Assembly: GCA_035758565.1 (NCBI GenBank)
Contig: DASTXL010000001.1
Coordinates: forward strand, 139,242 to 203,241
Direction: 5' to 3'
DNA length: 64,000 bases
DNA from: Candidatus Saccharimonadales bacterium
Lineage (GTDB): Bacteria > Patescibacteriota > Saccharimonadia > Saccharimonadales > UBA10212
Part shown: positions 35,687 to 45,162 of the stretch, in pieces
Layout: every line of letters starts with the position of its first letter
How positions within the stretch are numbered: the stretch's first letter is position 1
Translations under genes and position numbers: made by a program
The notes under the pieces: model-generated
Told to the model about the DNA's origin: nothing
Database searches by the model: none
Seen by the model: only the letters and a program-made list of their open reading frames with translations

Positions 35687-37723
35687 GTGGAACTTAATTC
35701 TCCGGTAACTGAACTTAAAGGCGTGGGGGATGAGCTGGCTAAGAAGCTGGCTATTTTACGCATTCAAACTGTTAACGATCTTATAGATTATTACCCTCGC
35801 CGATACGAAGACTATTCGCTTGTCACTAAGATAAAAGATTTAAAACCCGGCGCAATTACTATAGAAGCTACAATCACCCAAGCCACTGGCCGTTACGTGC
35901 GCCGCGGGATGCATATTACCGAAGCAATTGCCTCGGACGACACTTCTAGCGTGCGACTAGTTTGGTTCAACCAGCCTTATCGAGCCGGTGCGATCAAAGG
36001 CGGGCAGAAGTATTTCATCGCGGGTGAATACCAACTCAGCCGCAACCGTTTCAGCATCCTAAATCCCAGCGTCGAGCTAGTTAGCGATTTTCCGGTAAAT
36101 ACCGCCCGGATAATCCCGGTCTACCGCGAGACCAAAGGCCTCAAATCCTCGCAGATCCGTAAACTGGTCCGCGAGGCGATTATGCAAATTAAAGATCTGC
36201 CAGAGCACTTGCCAAAATGGATCTTGGAGCAGGAAAAACTGGTTAATTACGCTCGGGCAGTGACCGAAATGCACTTTCCTAGCGGTAACAAAGCCTTATC
36301 TATGGCCCAGAAACGCCTTGGCTTCGAGGAAGTTTTTGAGCTCAGCTTGGCGGCGCTGCTTAATAAGAAAGAGTTTGCCCAGGAAAAAGGCTTGCCGATT
36401 ACTTTTAATGAGCAGCTAGCCAAGGATTTCGTTAGCAAGCTGCCTTTCAAACTTACGAACGCCCAGCGCAAAGTCGTCTGGCAGATTTATCAGGATATGG
36501 AAAAATCCCAGCCGGCCAACCGGCTAATTGAAGGTGATGTTGGGTCTGGCAAGACGGTCGTTGCAGCCATGGCGGCTCTCATGGCTATGGAGCAAGGTTT
36601 TCAGGTGGCTTTGATGGCGCCGACAGAAATCTTAGCCCGCCAGCACGCCGAGACGTTATATAAACTTCTGGACAATGTTGGCTACGGCGGCCAGGTGGGT
36701 CTGCTTGTCGGCAGCCTAAAACCCAAAGCCAAAAGTTTAATGCACGAAAAGATCAAAAGCGGTGAAGTCCGCTTGATCGTCGGTACGCACGCGCTTATCA
36801 GCGAGAAAGTCGATATGCACAACCTCGGCCTGATAATCGTCGACGAACAGCATCGTTTTGGTGTGGATCAGCGCAAAAAACTACAGGCCAAAGCCGGACA
36901 CATGCCGCACGTGCTTCACATGACGGCTACGCCGATTCCCCGCAGCTTAGCCTTGACTCTCTATGGTGAGCTTGATATCTCTGTTCTGGACGAGTTACCT
37001 CCTGGCCGACAGCCGATAGAGACTAAAATAATCTCGCCTAATTCCAAAAGGCCTATTTACGAAAAGATCGATAAAGAACTCGCAGCCGGCCGGCAATTGT
37101 TTGTTGTCTGTCCGCTAATTACCGAAGACGATGCTAAAAGCGGCTTATCAGCCGAAGAAACATTTAAGCAACTATCCGAGCATGAATTTAAGCATCGAAA
37201 AGTTGCACTTTTGCATGGCCGTATGAAGTCAGCAGAAAAAGAGCAGGTAATGCAAGATTTTCTAGATCATAAATACGACATTCTGGTCAGTACAACGGTT
37301 ATAGAAGTCGGCGTGGACGTGCCGAACAGCACGGTAATGTTGATAATGGGTGCCGAACGTTTTGGCCTGGCCCAAATCCATCAGTTGCGCGGCCGGGTTG
37401 GACGCGGCGCTCACCAAAGCTACTGCTATTTAATGATGAGTGATTCTAAAGCACCGGGTCAGCGTTTACGAATCCTAGAAACCACAACCGACGGCTTTAG
37501 ATTAGCCGAATATGACCTAGAGTTGCGCGGCCCAGGCGCAATTTACGGCACCATTCAACACGGTGCCCTTGATCTGCGCGTTGCCAAATTAACAGATGTG
37601 AAGTTGATTGCCGCCGCCCGTAGAGCCGCCCAAGAGTTTATCGACAAAAAAGAAAATCTTAAAAAATATCCGCACCTAGAGCATCGTGTTTCGGACTTGC
37701 GATCTATAACCAATTTAAATTAG
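35687..37723 (+). CDS. recG: ATP-dependent DNA helicase RecG
   Basis: Wedge domain, GDVGSGKT, the DEQH box, and HQLRGRVGRG. Confidence 0.95.
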   Translation: MELNSPVTELKGVGDELAKKLAILRIQTVNDLIDYYPRRYEDYSLVTKIKDLKPGAITIEATITQATGRYVRRGMHITEAIASDDTSSVRLVWFNQPYRAGAIKGGQKYFIAGEYQLSRNRFSILNPSVELVSDFPVNTARIIPVYRETKGLKSSQIRKLVREAIMQIKDLPEHLPKWILEQEKLVNYARAVTEMHFPSGNKALSMAQKRLGFEEVFELSLAALLNKKEFAQEKGLPITFNEQLAKDFVSKLPFKLTNAQRKVVWQIYQDMEKSQPANRLIEGDVGSGKTVVAAMAALMAMEQGFQVALMAPTEILARQHAETLYKLLDNVGYGGQVGLLVGSLKPKAKSLMHEKIKSGEVRLIVGTHALISEKVDMHNLGLIIVDEQHRFGVDQRKKLQAKAGHMPHVLHMTATPIPRSLALTLYGELDISVLDELPPGRQPIETKIISPNSKRPIYEKIDKELAAGRQLFVVCPLITEDDAKSGLSAEETFKQLSEHEFKHRKVALLHGRMKSAEKEQVMQDFLDHKYDILVSTTVIEVGVDVPNSTVMLIMGAERFGLAQIHQLRGRVGRGAHQSYCYLMMSDSKAPGQRLRILETTTDGFRLAEYDLELRGPGAIYGTIQHGALDLRVAKLTDVKLIAAARRAAQEFIDKKENLKKYPHLEHRVSDLRSITNLN

Positions 37724-37738
37724 GCGTACAATTAGATC

Positions 37739-37930
37739 ATGTATTTTCTGACCGCCTTCTTACTGTTTTTAGTCTCTCTCGGTTTAGCGAAACTATCAGT
37801 CAGAATCAAATCGCCGAAGCTTCAAAAGGCCGCGATTGTTATATATGTAATTCCGGCGCTTTTTGGGCTTTACATCATCTTTACTTCGCTGTTTGGTCTC
37901 GGACTAGTCTTTTCTGGTTGGAGCTTTTAA
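37739..37930 (+). CDS. Small membrane protein (63 aa)
   Basis: Two hydrophobic helices. TACAAT (37727-37732) lies 6 nt upstream of the ATG. Confidence 0.45.
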   Translation: MYFLTAFLLFLVSLGLAKLSVRIKSPKLQKAAIVIYVIPALFGLYIIFTSLFGLGLVFSGWSF

Positions 37931-37984
37931 TTACGCCGGACTTGGTGGCCATAATGCCGTTTTTTAGGTATATTTCCAAGAGCT

Positions 37985-38443
37985 ATGGCAGCGGAGCTTA
38001 GGCCAAGGAACAATGATGAGTCATGTGTGCATGATGCTTTTGTGCATTCTTATAATGCGGGCCTGCTCGTGCCGTCGGTGAGCGAGATAATCCAACATGT
38101 CCCAGACAACTTTCCTATAAATTCACTGCGGCAACTCTGCTCTATGCTCAGAACAGAACTCCATGTTAACTGCAGCTCAATGGTTCCGTCTCGCGAGCCG
38201 TTAATACAAATCTTCGCCAACCCCATTAACCCTAAACTTAATGGCGAAATGGGTGGACATTTCGAGTTCCTGCGGCCGGTAGACCTCGATAGTTACCGGG
38301 TAGAACTTCCACACCTTATCCTAGTAGGCTTTATAGCTTTCAGGGAAATTGAGTGCACGCCCCTTAAACATGCGCCCGAAAAGCACCATATACCTAAGGA
38401 TATGAGTACAATGCAAGCCAGAGAGGAGGCTTTGGCGGCATGA
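37985..38443 (+). CDS. Hypothetical protein (152 aa)
   Basis: 4-nt ATGA overlap with rsmD suggests co-translation. No recognisable motif. Confidence 0.5.
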   Translation: MAAELRPRNNDESCVHDAFVHSYNAGLLVPSVSEIIQHVPDNFPINSLRQLCSMLRTELHVNCSSMVPSREPLIQIFANPINPKLNGEMGGHFEFLRPVDLDSYRVELPHLILVGFIAFREIECTPLKHAPEKHHIPKDMSTMQAREEALAA

Positions 38444-38967
38444 GAATTATTGCTGGCAGTTTAAAAGGCCGAGAACTTAAAAGCCCTCACGGGCATAAAA
38501 CCCACCCGATGAGCGACAAGATCCGCGGCGCGCTTTTTAACGTACTCGGCGATATTGAAGGACTTACTTTTTTGGATGCCTTCGCCGGTAGCGGCGCGAT
38601 AGCTTTTGAAGCCATAAGCCGCGGAGCAGAGCATGTCGTAGCGATCGATAACGACAAAAACGCTCAAGTGGCCATGATAGATAATGTCAAAGATCTAAAC
38701 ATCGGAAACATGCATGTAGTGCGGGCTGGAGCCAGCGCTTGGAGCGAAAACAACCTAGATAAACAATTCGATATAGTTTTGCTCGATCCGCCTTACGATA
38801 ATTTGCAAGTTAATCTTTTAGAAAAACTGGCAGATCGCCACGTAAAGCCCGGCGGATTGGCGGTATTATCCTTCGCCGGTAAAATCGAACCACCGGACCT
38901 GGGCCTAGAAATAGCGGCAAATAAAAATTATGGCGATTCGCAACTTATTTTTTACAGACGCGCCTAA
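38440..38967 (+). CDS. rsmD: 16S rRNA (guanine966-N2)-methyltransferase RsmD
   Basis: RIIAGSLKGR..P....RP...IR.ALFN..LDAFAGSGA..LDPPY motifs. Confidence 0.85.
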   Translation: MRIIAGSLKGRELKSPHGHKTHPMSDKIRGALFNVLGDIEGLTFLDAFAGSGAIAFEAISRGAEHVVAIDNDKNAQVAMIDNVKDLNIGNMHVVRAGASAWSENNLDKQFDIVLLDPPYDNLQVNLLEKLADRHVKPGGLAVLSFAGKIEPPDLGLEIAANKNYGDSQLIFYRRA

Positions 38968-38989
38968 CCTTATTTTTTAAGTTAATAGT

Positions 38990-39205
38990 GTGGAAGGCGG
39001 TAGATTTCCTGAATTTAACTGGCAAAACGAATCCTGGCTGCGCAAACTTGCCGGCTCGTTGCTAAAGCTCGTTAGGCACCAAGAACCACCCGAGCACGAC
39101 CCGTTAAATATACCGGACGCGCCTTATGATCCCCATAAGCCTGTTATTAGAGTTATCAGAAAAGAAGATCTAAAAGACCCGGATGACTGGGGATTCCCCG
39201 AATAG
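38990..39205 (+). CDS. Hypothetical protein (71 aa)
   Basis: ORF only, GTG start, no clear SD. Confidence 0.35.
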   Translation: MEGGRFPEFNWQNESWLRKLAGSLLKLVRHQEPPEHDPLNIPDAPYDPHKPVIRVIRKEDLKDPDDWGFPE

Positions 39206-39206
39206 A

Positions 39207-39235
39207 TTGATGATTCTTGACTAAGGAGGTAAAAT
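39207..39235 (+). promoter_or_regulatory. Putative tRNA-Leu promoter
   Basis: TTGATG (39207-39212), a 17-nt spacer, and TAAAAT (39230-39235). Confidence 0.5.
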
Positions 39236-39256
39236 AGCCTCTGTTCTGCACGACGC

Positions 39257-39341
39257 GGGGATGTGGTGAAATTGGTATACACGCGTGCCTTAGGAGCACG
39301 TGCCGCGAGGCGTGAAGGTTCAAGTCCTTTCATCCCCACCA
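39257..39341 (+). tRNA. tRNA-Leu (anticodon UAG), CCA encoded
   Basis: Acceptor stem GGGGATG/CATCCCC, 3-bp D stem, anticodon stem CGTGC/GCACG with loop cTTAGga. Long variable arm, T arm GAAGG-ttcaagt-CCTTT, and discriminator A followed by CCA. Confidence 0.9.
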
Positions 39342-39370
39342 TCACTTTAAAATCATATAGATACTACTTT

Positions 39371-39398
39371 AAACGGCCTCTGTAACAGAGGCCGTTTT
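39371..39398 (+). terminator. Rho-independent terminator after tRNA-Leu
   Basis: CGGCCTCTG-taa-CAGAGGCCG followed by TTTT. Confidence 0.75.
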
Positions 39399-39444
39399 GG
39401 TTTTAGTCGATTTTTGGTTTGTATTATACTTATGGTTAAGAGCT

Positions 39445-40458
39445 ATGAGAAAGATAAAAATACATTTCGTGTGCCTGGGGAATGCCTACCGCAGTCGATT
39501 GGCCGAGGCTTACGCGAAGTCCCTAAACCTAAAAGGCTTTGAGTTTAGCTCTAGCGGGGTTGCTGCGCATTTATTTGAGCAGCGAAAGCCATATTACGCC
39601 GATTTATTGGCTAAAAACCACATGCTTTTGCGTTTTTTGAGCGCTACCCAAGTGCAAACTTCTTCTAAGCTGCTCGATGAGCAAGACATGATAATTTTTA
39701 TGCATCCGGACGTGCTCGAGCAGGCTAAAAAAGAATACCAAATCAATATGTTCAAAGTTCATTGTTGGAATATCGACGATCTTTGGCAGATTTGCCTGGA
39801 GCGAAAGGTCAGCGAGTCTGACCTTGATAAGACCGTTAAGTTGGCCGAAGAGACTTTCCAGAAAATTAAGCGCGATGTAGACCGGTTGGCTAGTCAAATA
39901 ACCAAATCTAGTTGGGTAGATGTTATTAATTCCGATAACCAAGATGTTGGCTACGCCCAGTCGCTTGATACAGCCAACAAAAAAGGCCTGTGGCATCGTT
40001 CGGTGCACGCCATGATTCGCTTGCCCGATGGCCGCTACGTAGTAGAAAAGCGCTCTAATAAGATTATTTTTGCTCCCGGATTGCTTGATATAACCGTCGG
40101 CGGCTCCTTAGATCCTGGCGAAACGCCGGAGCAAGCGGCGATCCGCGAAATAAAAGAAGAAATCAACGTAGAAATCCGGCCCGATCAGCTCAAACTTTTG
40201 AATATCACAAAAGGCTCCCACTATCGTCCGAAATACAATCGCTATAGCCGGGGTTTTTCTTATAACTATTTTGTGCAGCTGGAGCCGGGCCAGGGGCTGC
40301 TAAAACCGCAACAGAGCGAAGTCGCCCAGCTCATGTTGGCCACGCACCCGCAAGCCAAAAAACTGGTGCGCAACCACCGGCTAAAACATTTTGGCCGGCT
40401 AAACTACGCCTATAAGCTTTACCGCGACAACCTGAAATTGGCCGAAGAGCTGGCTTAG
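39445..40458 (+). CDS. Fusion protein: LMW phosphotyrosine phosphatase/ArsC-like domain plus Nudix hydrolase domain
   Basis: CX5R(S) P-loop IHFVCLGNAYRSRLAE. Nudix box GGSLDPGETPEQAAIREIKEEINV. Confidence 0.75.
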   Translation: MRKIKIHFVCLGNAYRSRLAEAYAKSLNLKGFEFSSSGVAAHLFEQRKPYYADLLAKNHMLLRFLSATQVQTSSKLLDEQDMIIFMHPDVLEQAKKEYQINMFKVHCWNIDDLWQICLERKVSESDLDKTVKLAEETFQKIKRDVDRLASQITKSSWVDVINSDNQDVGYAQSLDTANKKGLWHRSVHAMIRLPDGRYVVEKRSNKIIFAPGLLDITVGGSLDPGETPEQAAIREIKEEINVEIRPDQLKLLNITKGSHYRPKYNRYSRGFSYNYFVQLEPGQGLLKPQQSEVAQLMLATHPQAKKLVRNHRLKHFGRLNYAYKLYRDNLKLAEELA

Positions 40459-40459
40459 C

Positions 40460-41179
40460 TTAGGGCAATTTTTTGAGCTGCTGGTAACGGATAGCCGGGG
40501 CTATGGAATAAAGCGCGCCTAGGATAAAGCTGGCCAGACTGCCTATGATCGGCACAATCCCAACTATGCTTAGCAAGAACATTACGCCAATAACGCCCCA
40601 AACAGCGCCTGTATTCTTGTTGCTGAGCTCGTGGCTGCCCTCTAGCGCTTCTTTGACGCCACACTTTTTATCTAGCATTACGTAAGGTGCGAACATGTAG
40701 CGCTTAATCATAAACAGGCCAGGAATTATTAATAAAACAAACCCAATGCCAATAATGATAATCATCGCTATGAATAGTTTGACCATGTTCGGCCACATTT
40801 CTTTGACGGTTTGCCAGGCGCGATCTAGTGTTGGCTCTTTGTCTTCGGCGGCGTCGAGCTGGGCGCGCTGGGTCATAATCTGCACAATAGTTCCGCCGAT
40901 TATGGCGATCAAAAACCACAAAATCGAAAAACCTATAAAGGCTGCGTTGTAGCCGCCTGGCAGCGTCCAGCCGTAGTTGGCGTCGGAGGTCCTGGTCCAG
41001 TAATGGTGGCCATGAGCGGGCGTATCAACCCAGCTGTGTAGCCAAAATAGTAAGGGCAAAATATAAAGTATGCCAAAAACGTTGAAGTACTTTATAAACA
41101 AATCTTTGCTTGGCGTAAATAACTCAAATGCGCTAGGCAGATATAAGGGCGATGATCGGCGAGCTCTATGTTTGGCCAT
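40460..41179 (-). CDS. Polytopic membrane protein, unknown function
   Basis: 5-6 hydrophobic helices. TATAAT (complement of 41190-41195) lies 10 nt upstream of the ATG at 41179. Confidence 0.6.
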   Translation of the reverse strand: MAKHRARRSSPLYLPSAFELFTPSKDLFIKYFNVFGILYILPLLFWLHSWVDTPAHGHHYWTRTSDANYGWTLPGGYNAAFIGFSILWFLIAIIGGTIVQIMTQRAQLDAAEDKEPTLDRAWQTVKEMWPNMVKLFIAMIIIIGIGFVLLIIPGLFMIKRYMFAPYVMLDKKCGVKEALEGSHELSNKNTGAVWGVIGVMFLLSIVGIVPIIGSLASFILGALYSIAPAIRYQQLKKLP

Positions 41180-41238
41180 TTCAACAACCATTATACTACT
41201 AGCGGTTAAGTTTACGGACTGTATAATTAAGGCAGATT

Positions 41239-42474
41239 ATGAGTTTAAATACCCAACCCTATAAAGGGACGCGCGATTTTTACCCCGAAGACAAACGCAT
41301 TCAAAAATACATGTTTGGCAAGATTCGCTCGGTGGTCGAAAGTTTCGGCTATCAGGAGTACGACGCGCCCATTTTAGAAAGCTTTGATATTTATGCCGCC
41401 AAGACTGGTGAAGAAATCGTTAACGAGCAGCTTTATTATTTTGAAGATAAAGGTGGTCGAAAAGTAGCTATTCGACCAGAGATGACACCGTCTGTTAGCC
41501 GCATGGTAGCCGCTAGGCGCCAAGAATTAGCTTATCCACTGCGCTGGTACAGTATTCCTAACTTATGGCGGTACGAACAGCCGCAGCGCGGTCGCTTGCG
41601 CGAGCACTGGCAGTTAAACGTCGACATTTTTGGGGTGGAAGGTTTGGAGGGCGACGCCGAAATTATTCAGGTTGCTGACGCTGTATTACAAGGCTTTGGC
41701 GCCAGCCGAGATATGTACGAAATCCGCATTAATTCTCGCAAGTTATTGCAAAAAAGAATCGAAGCGGCCGGTCCAAAAACAGACGTTGCGGATATAACTA
41801 GGTTGATCGATCACTTCGAAAAGTTGAGCCAGGACGAATTTAAAGCAAGCTTGGCCGATAAGGTTGAGAACCCAGGCGAGTTATTCGATTTTTTGACTAA
41901 AGATGGTGGTTCGGAAGAGACCAAGCACCTAGAAGAGCTCTTAAATTCCATCGGAATTACTAATGTAAGGTTTGTGCCATCGCTGGCGCGCGGCTTTGAT
42001 TACTACACCGATATCGTGTTCGAAGTCTTTGATACCAACCCAGAAAACAACCGCTCGATGTTTGGCGGCGGCCGTTACGACGGCCTGGTTGCATTATTCG
42101 GCGTCGAACCGGTTCCGACTGTTGGTTTTGGCATGGGCGATGTAACTCTGCGTAATTTCTTAGAGAGCCACGACTTATTGCCAAAATTATCACCAGAAAC
42201 TGACGCTATCGCGATTTTGATTGGTGATGTTTATAACTCAGCTCAAAAGGTCTTGAGTGAACTTCGCAGCAAAGGCGTGAATATTGCCGTAGATTCTAGC
42301 GGACGCAAACTCGATATGCAGCTCAAGCACGCTATTAAATCCGGCACGCGATATGCGCTATTTATCGGCGAGGCGGAACTCTCCAGCGGCCAATTTAAGC
42401 TACGCGACCTAGAAAAGGGAAGAGAGCAGCAATTGCCACTAGACCAAGTTGCCGAAACGTTAGGCGTTCGCTGA
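41239..42474 (+). CDS. hisS: Histidyl-tRNA synthetase
   Basis: GTRDFYPED, the class II motifs (RPEMTPSVSR, YEQPQRGRLREHWQ, GGGRYDGL), and an anticodon-binding domain. Confidence 0.95.
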   Translation: MSLNTQPYKGTRDFYPEDKRIQKYMFGKIRSVVESFGYQEYDAPILESFDIYAAKTGEEIVNEQLYYFEDKGGRKVAIRPEMTPSVSRMVAARRQELAYPLRWYSIPNLWRYEQPQRGRLREHWQLNVDIFGVEGLEGDAEIIQVADAVLQGFGASRDMYEIRINSRKLLQKRIEAAGPKTDVADITRLIDHFEKLSQDEFKASLADKVENPGELFDFLTKDGGSEETKHLEELLNSIGITNVRFVPSLARGFDYYTDIVFEVFDTNPENNRSMFGGGRYDGLVALFGVEPVPTVGFGMGDVTLRNFLESHDLLPKLSPETDAIAILIGDVYNSAQKVLSELRSKGVNIAVDSSGRKLDMQLKHAIKSGTRYALFIGEAELSSGQFKLRDLEKGREQQLPLDQVAETLGVR

Positions 42475-42747
42475 TAGTGATTCTTCGTAGCGGCTCTTTA
42501 ATTTAGGGATGTCGTCCGGGTGCATTCCGCCGGCTTCACCTTGCCAGAAAATTCTCTTAGGATGAGTTGGCTGTTCATCGTCAAATCCGGTGGCGCGTAA
42601 GCCGTCCGCTAGACGATGTATTATAGGCCTAGCCTTGTCCCAGGACATACCGAGTGCGAGGGCTGCGACTCTATGGTGATTGGGCCAGACCATTAATTCC
42701 CTAGAGCCGGGGGATACGTGGTTAGGATCGTAAAATTCTTTATGCAT
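42460..42747 (-). CDS. Hypothetical protein (95 aa)
   Basis: ORF only. The 3' end overlaps the hisS 3' end by 15 nt. Confidence 0.35.
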   Translation of the reverse strand: MHKEFYDPNHVSPGSRELMVWPNHHRVAALALGMSWDKARPIIHRLADGLRATGFDDEQPTHPKRIFWQGEAGGMHPDDIPKLKSRYEESLSANA

Positions 42748-42799
42748 TTCTGATTGTTTATAGCATTTTTCTATTATTCAGGCTATAATCGCACATCGT

Positions 42800-44080
42800 A
42801 TGCAAATAACCCGTACAGATATATCACCAACCAAAATAAACCTGAACATCAAAGCTAGCGCTGACGAGCTCGAGCCTATTAAAAAGCACGTTTTAAGTAG
42901 TCATTTTTCAAACGTTAAGGTGCCGGGTTTTCGTGCCGGCAAGGCCCCAACTCATCTTATAGAAAAAAACATTAACCAGCAGCTGTTCCTCGATGAATTC
43001 ATGGAGCACGCCATCAACGAGCTTTATCGCCGTGCGGTCGAAGATCAAAAGTTCCGCCCGGTTGGCCAGCCCGAGATTCAGCTCAAAAAATTCGTGCCTT
43101 ATACCGATTTAGAGTTTGAGACCACCCAAGAAGTGATCGGCAAAGTAACCCTGCCAAATTATAAAACCATCAAGTTGGCTAAGAATAAGGCCAGCGTAAC
43201 TGCTAAAGACGTTGACGAAGTTATCAAATCGCTGCAAGGTCGCATGGCCGAGCGCACCGAAGTTGCCCGTCCGGCAAAAGATGGCGATGAGGTTACGATT
43301 GATTTTGCCGGCAAAGACGAGAGTGGCGAACCGGTTGCCGGTGCCGACGGCAAAGACTATCCGCTGGTTTTGGGCAGCAAAACCTTTATTCCCGGTTTTG
43401 AAGACAATCTAATCGGTATTAAAACTGGCGACTCCAAAGAATTCCAGGTGACATTTCCGGCCGATTATGGCGCCAAAGAACTACAAAGTAAAAAAGTTAC
43501 TTTTTCTGTCACGGCCAAGAAAATCAGCGACCTGGTCGAGCCTAAAATCGATGATGAATTCGCCGCCAAAGCCGGACCATTCAAGACTCTGGCCGAGCTT
43601 AAGGCGGATGTTAAAAAGCAGCTGACCAGCGAGCGCGAATGGCAGGTCGAACAAGATTACCAGAATGAACTTATTAAAAAGATCGCCGCCAAAGCCAAAG
43701 TTGAAGTTCCAGAAAGCCTGGTTGAAACAGAGTTGCAGCGCATGGAAGACGAAGAGCGTCGAAACTTAGCCTACCGTGGCCAAACCTGGCAAGAACACCT
43801 CAAAGCTGAAGGCGTGACTGAAGAAGAGCACCGTGATCGTCTCAAGCCCGACGCTGCAGAAAGAGTCAAGGCTGGACTGGTTTTGAGCGAAATTTCCGAA
43901 GCCGAAAAGATTGACGTCACGGCCGAAGAGTTGGCGGACCGCATTCAGATCTTAAAGTCTCAGTACCAGGATCCAACCATGCAAGCCGAGCTGGATAAGC
44001 CGGAGAGCCGCCAGGATATCGCCAATCGTCTGCTAACCGAAAAAACTATCCTGAAACTCGTCGACTACGCCACGTCGTAG
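42800..44080 (+). CDS. tig: Trigger factor
   Basis: N-terminal ribosome-binding region (GFRAGKAP), an FKBP-like domain, and a C-terminal arm. Confidence 0.9.
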   Translation: MQITRTDISPTKINLNIKASADELEPIKKHVLSSHFSNVKVPGFRAGKAPTHLIEKNINQQLFLDEFMEHAINELYRRAVEDQKFRPVGQPEIQLKKFVPYTDLEFETTQEVIGKVTLPNYKTIKLAKNKASVTAKDVDEVIKSLQGRMAERTEVARPAKDGDEVTIDFAGKDESGEPVAGADGKDYPLVLGSKTFIPGFEDNLIGIKTGDSKEFQVTFPADYGAKELQSKKVTFSVTAKKISDLVEPKIDDEFAAKAGPFKTLAELKADVKKQLTSEREWQVEQDYQNELIKKIAAKAKVEVPESLVETELQRMEDEERRNLAYRGQTWQEHLKAEGVTEEEHRDRLKPDAAERVKAGLVLSEISEAEKIDVTAEELADRIQILKSQYQDPTMQAELDKPESRQDIANRLLTEKTILKLVDYATS

Positions 44081-44102
44081 CCATCATATTTAATAAAATA
44101 GA

Positions 44103-44129
44103 TTAGCACTCTTGACCCGTGAGTGCTAA
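44103..44129. promoter_or_regulatory. CIRCE operator (second copy)
   Basis: TTAGCACTC-ttgacccgt-GAGTGCTAA is an exact consensus match. It differs from the clpC copy by 1 nt in the spacer. Confidence 0.88.
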
Positions 44130-44147
44130 TTTTAGTATCATATAAGC

Positions 44148-44303
44148 ATGGCTTTGCCTAAATATCCTCGCCCAACTAAAAAGACAGACGATTACGGACC
44201 GTCCGAGCAAACCAGAGAAGAGATTAAGCAAGGAAAAAGGCAGCGCAATCGAAGACTGATAATAAACTTTTTTATGAATTTGTTTGTAAATTCAGGGAGG
44301 TAA
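44148..44303 (+). CDS. Possible 51-aa basic small ORF between CIRCE and clpP
   Basis: ATG lies 6 nt after TATCAT (44136-44141). The stop lies 1 nt before the clpP ATG. Below the ORF-track threshold, with no homology evidence. Confidence 0.3.
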   Translation: MALPKYPRPTKKTDDYGPSEQTREEIKQGKRQRNRRLIINFFMNLFVNSGR

Positions 44304-44304
44304 A

Positions 44305-44934
44305 ATGAGTAACCCGTCCAACCAAATTTTAGTCCCGACTGTTATCGAGCAAGAAGGCCGCGTGGAGCGCGCTTATGATATTTACAGTCGCTTGCTTCGT
44401 GACCGGATCATCTTCTTGGGCGACGACGTCAACGAACACACAGCCAATCTCGTGGTTGCTCAAATGCTATTTCTTGAAAACCAAGATCCCGATAAGGACA
44501 TTATTCTTTATATAAATAGCCCAGGCGGGAGTGTGTACGACGCGATGGCTATTTACGACACCATGCAGTATGTGAAGAGTGATATTCAAACAGTCGGTAT
44601 TGGTGTTCAGGCCAGCGCGGCGGCGTTTTTGCTAAGCTCTGGCACCAAAGGCAAACGATTCTTATTACCGCACGCAACTGTAATGATTCACCAGCCGTCC
44701 AGCGGGACTCGCGGTAAGGTTACCGACCAAGAAATTGATCTGCGTGAAGCTTTGCGCGTCAAGAAAATGATGGAAGAAATCATGGCTCGTAACACCGGTC
44801 GGAACCCTAAAAAGGTTCACGAAGACATGGAGCGCGACTTCTGGATGACCGCCGAAGACGCCAAAAAGTACGGCTTAGTTGACGAAATCATTGATACCCG
44901 CAAGCTGGCCGACTCCATTCCCAAAGCAGCCTAG
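44305..44934 (+). CDS. clpP: ATP-dependent Clp protease proteolytic subunit
   Basis: [40 protein letters not shown] catalytic Ser/His context. SD GGGAGG. Confidence 0.95.
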   Translation: MSNPSNQILVPTVIEQEGRVERAYDIYSRLLRDRIIFLGDDVNEHTANLVVAQMLFLENQDPDKDIILYINSPGGSVYDAMAIYDTMQYVKSDIQTVGIGVQASAAAFLLSSGTKGKRFLLPHATVMIHQPSSGTRGKVTDQEIDLREALRVKKMMEEIMARNTGRNPKKVHEDMERDFWMTAEDAKKYGLVDEIIDTRKLADSIPKAA

Positions 44935-45162
44935 TTGACTATTCTACAACAGATTTTTAAACGCTACTGCTTGTAGCCTTGTGGAAAACCCTTTAATATT
45001 AATCTCAAGAAGTAGTGTACTTTGGTGCTTGCTAACGTTTATAAATTTTATAAATCCTCCCGCATGTCTCCAGGTAGTGGGCTTCGCTAACAGGCAAAAA
45101 AGCGAAAGAAATAAACAAGAAGTAACTATCAACTAAATCTATATAGGGAGTATTGCTCGCGC

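Noticed and set aside
44944-45132. 62-aa minus-strand ORF in the clpP-rpoB spacer
   Set aside because: No SD or promoter context, and low-complexity hydrophobic composition. The region is more plausibly the rpoB promoter and leader.
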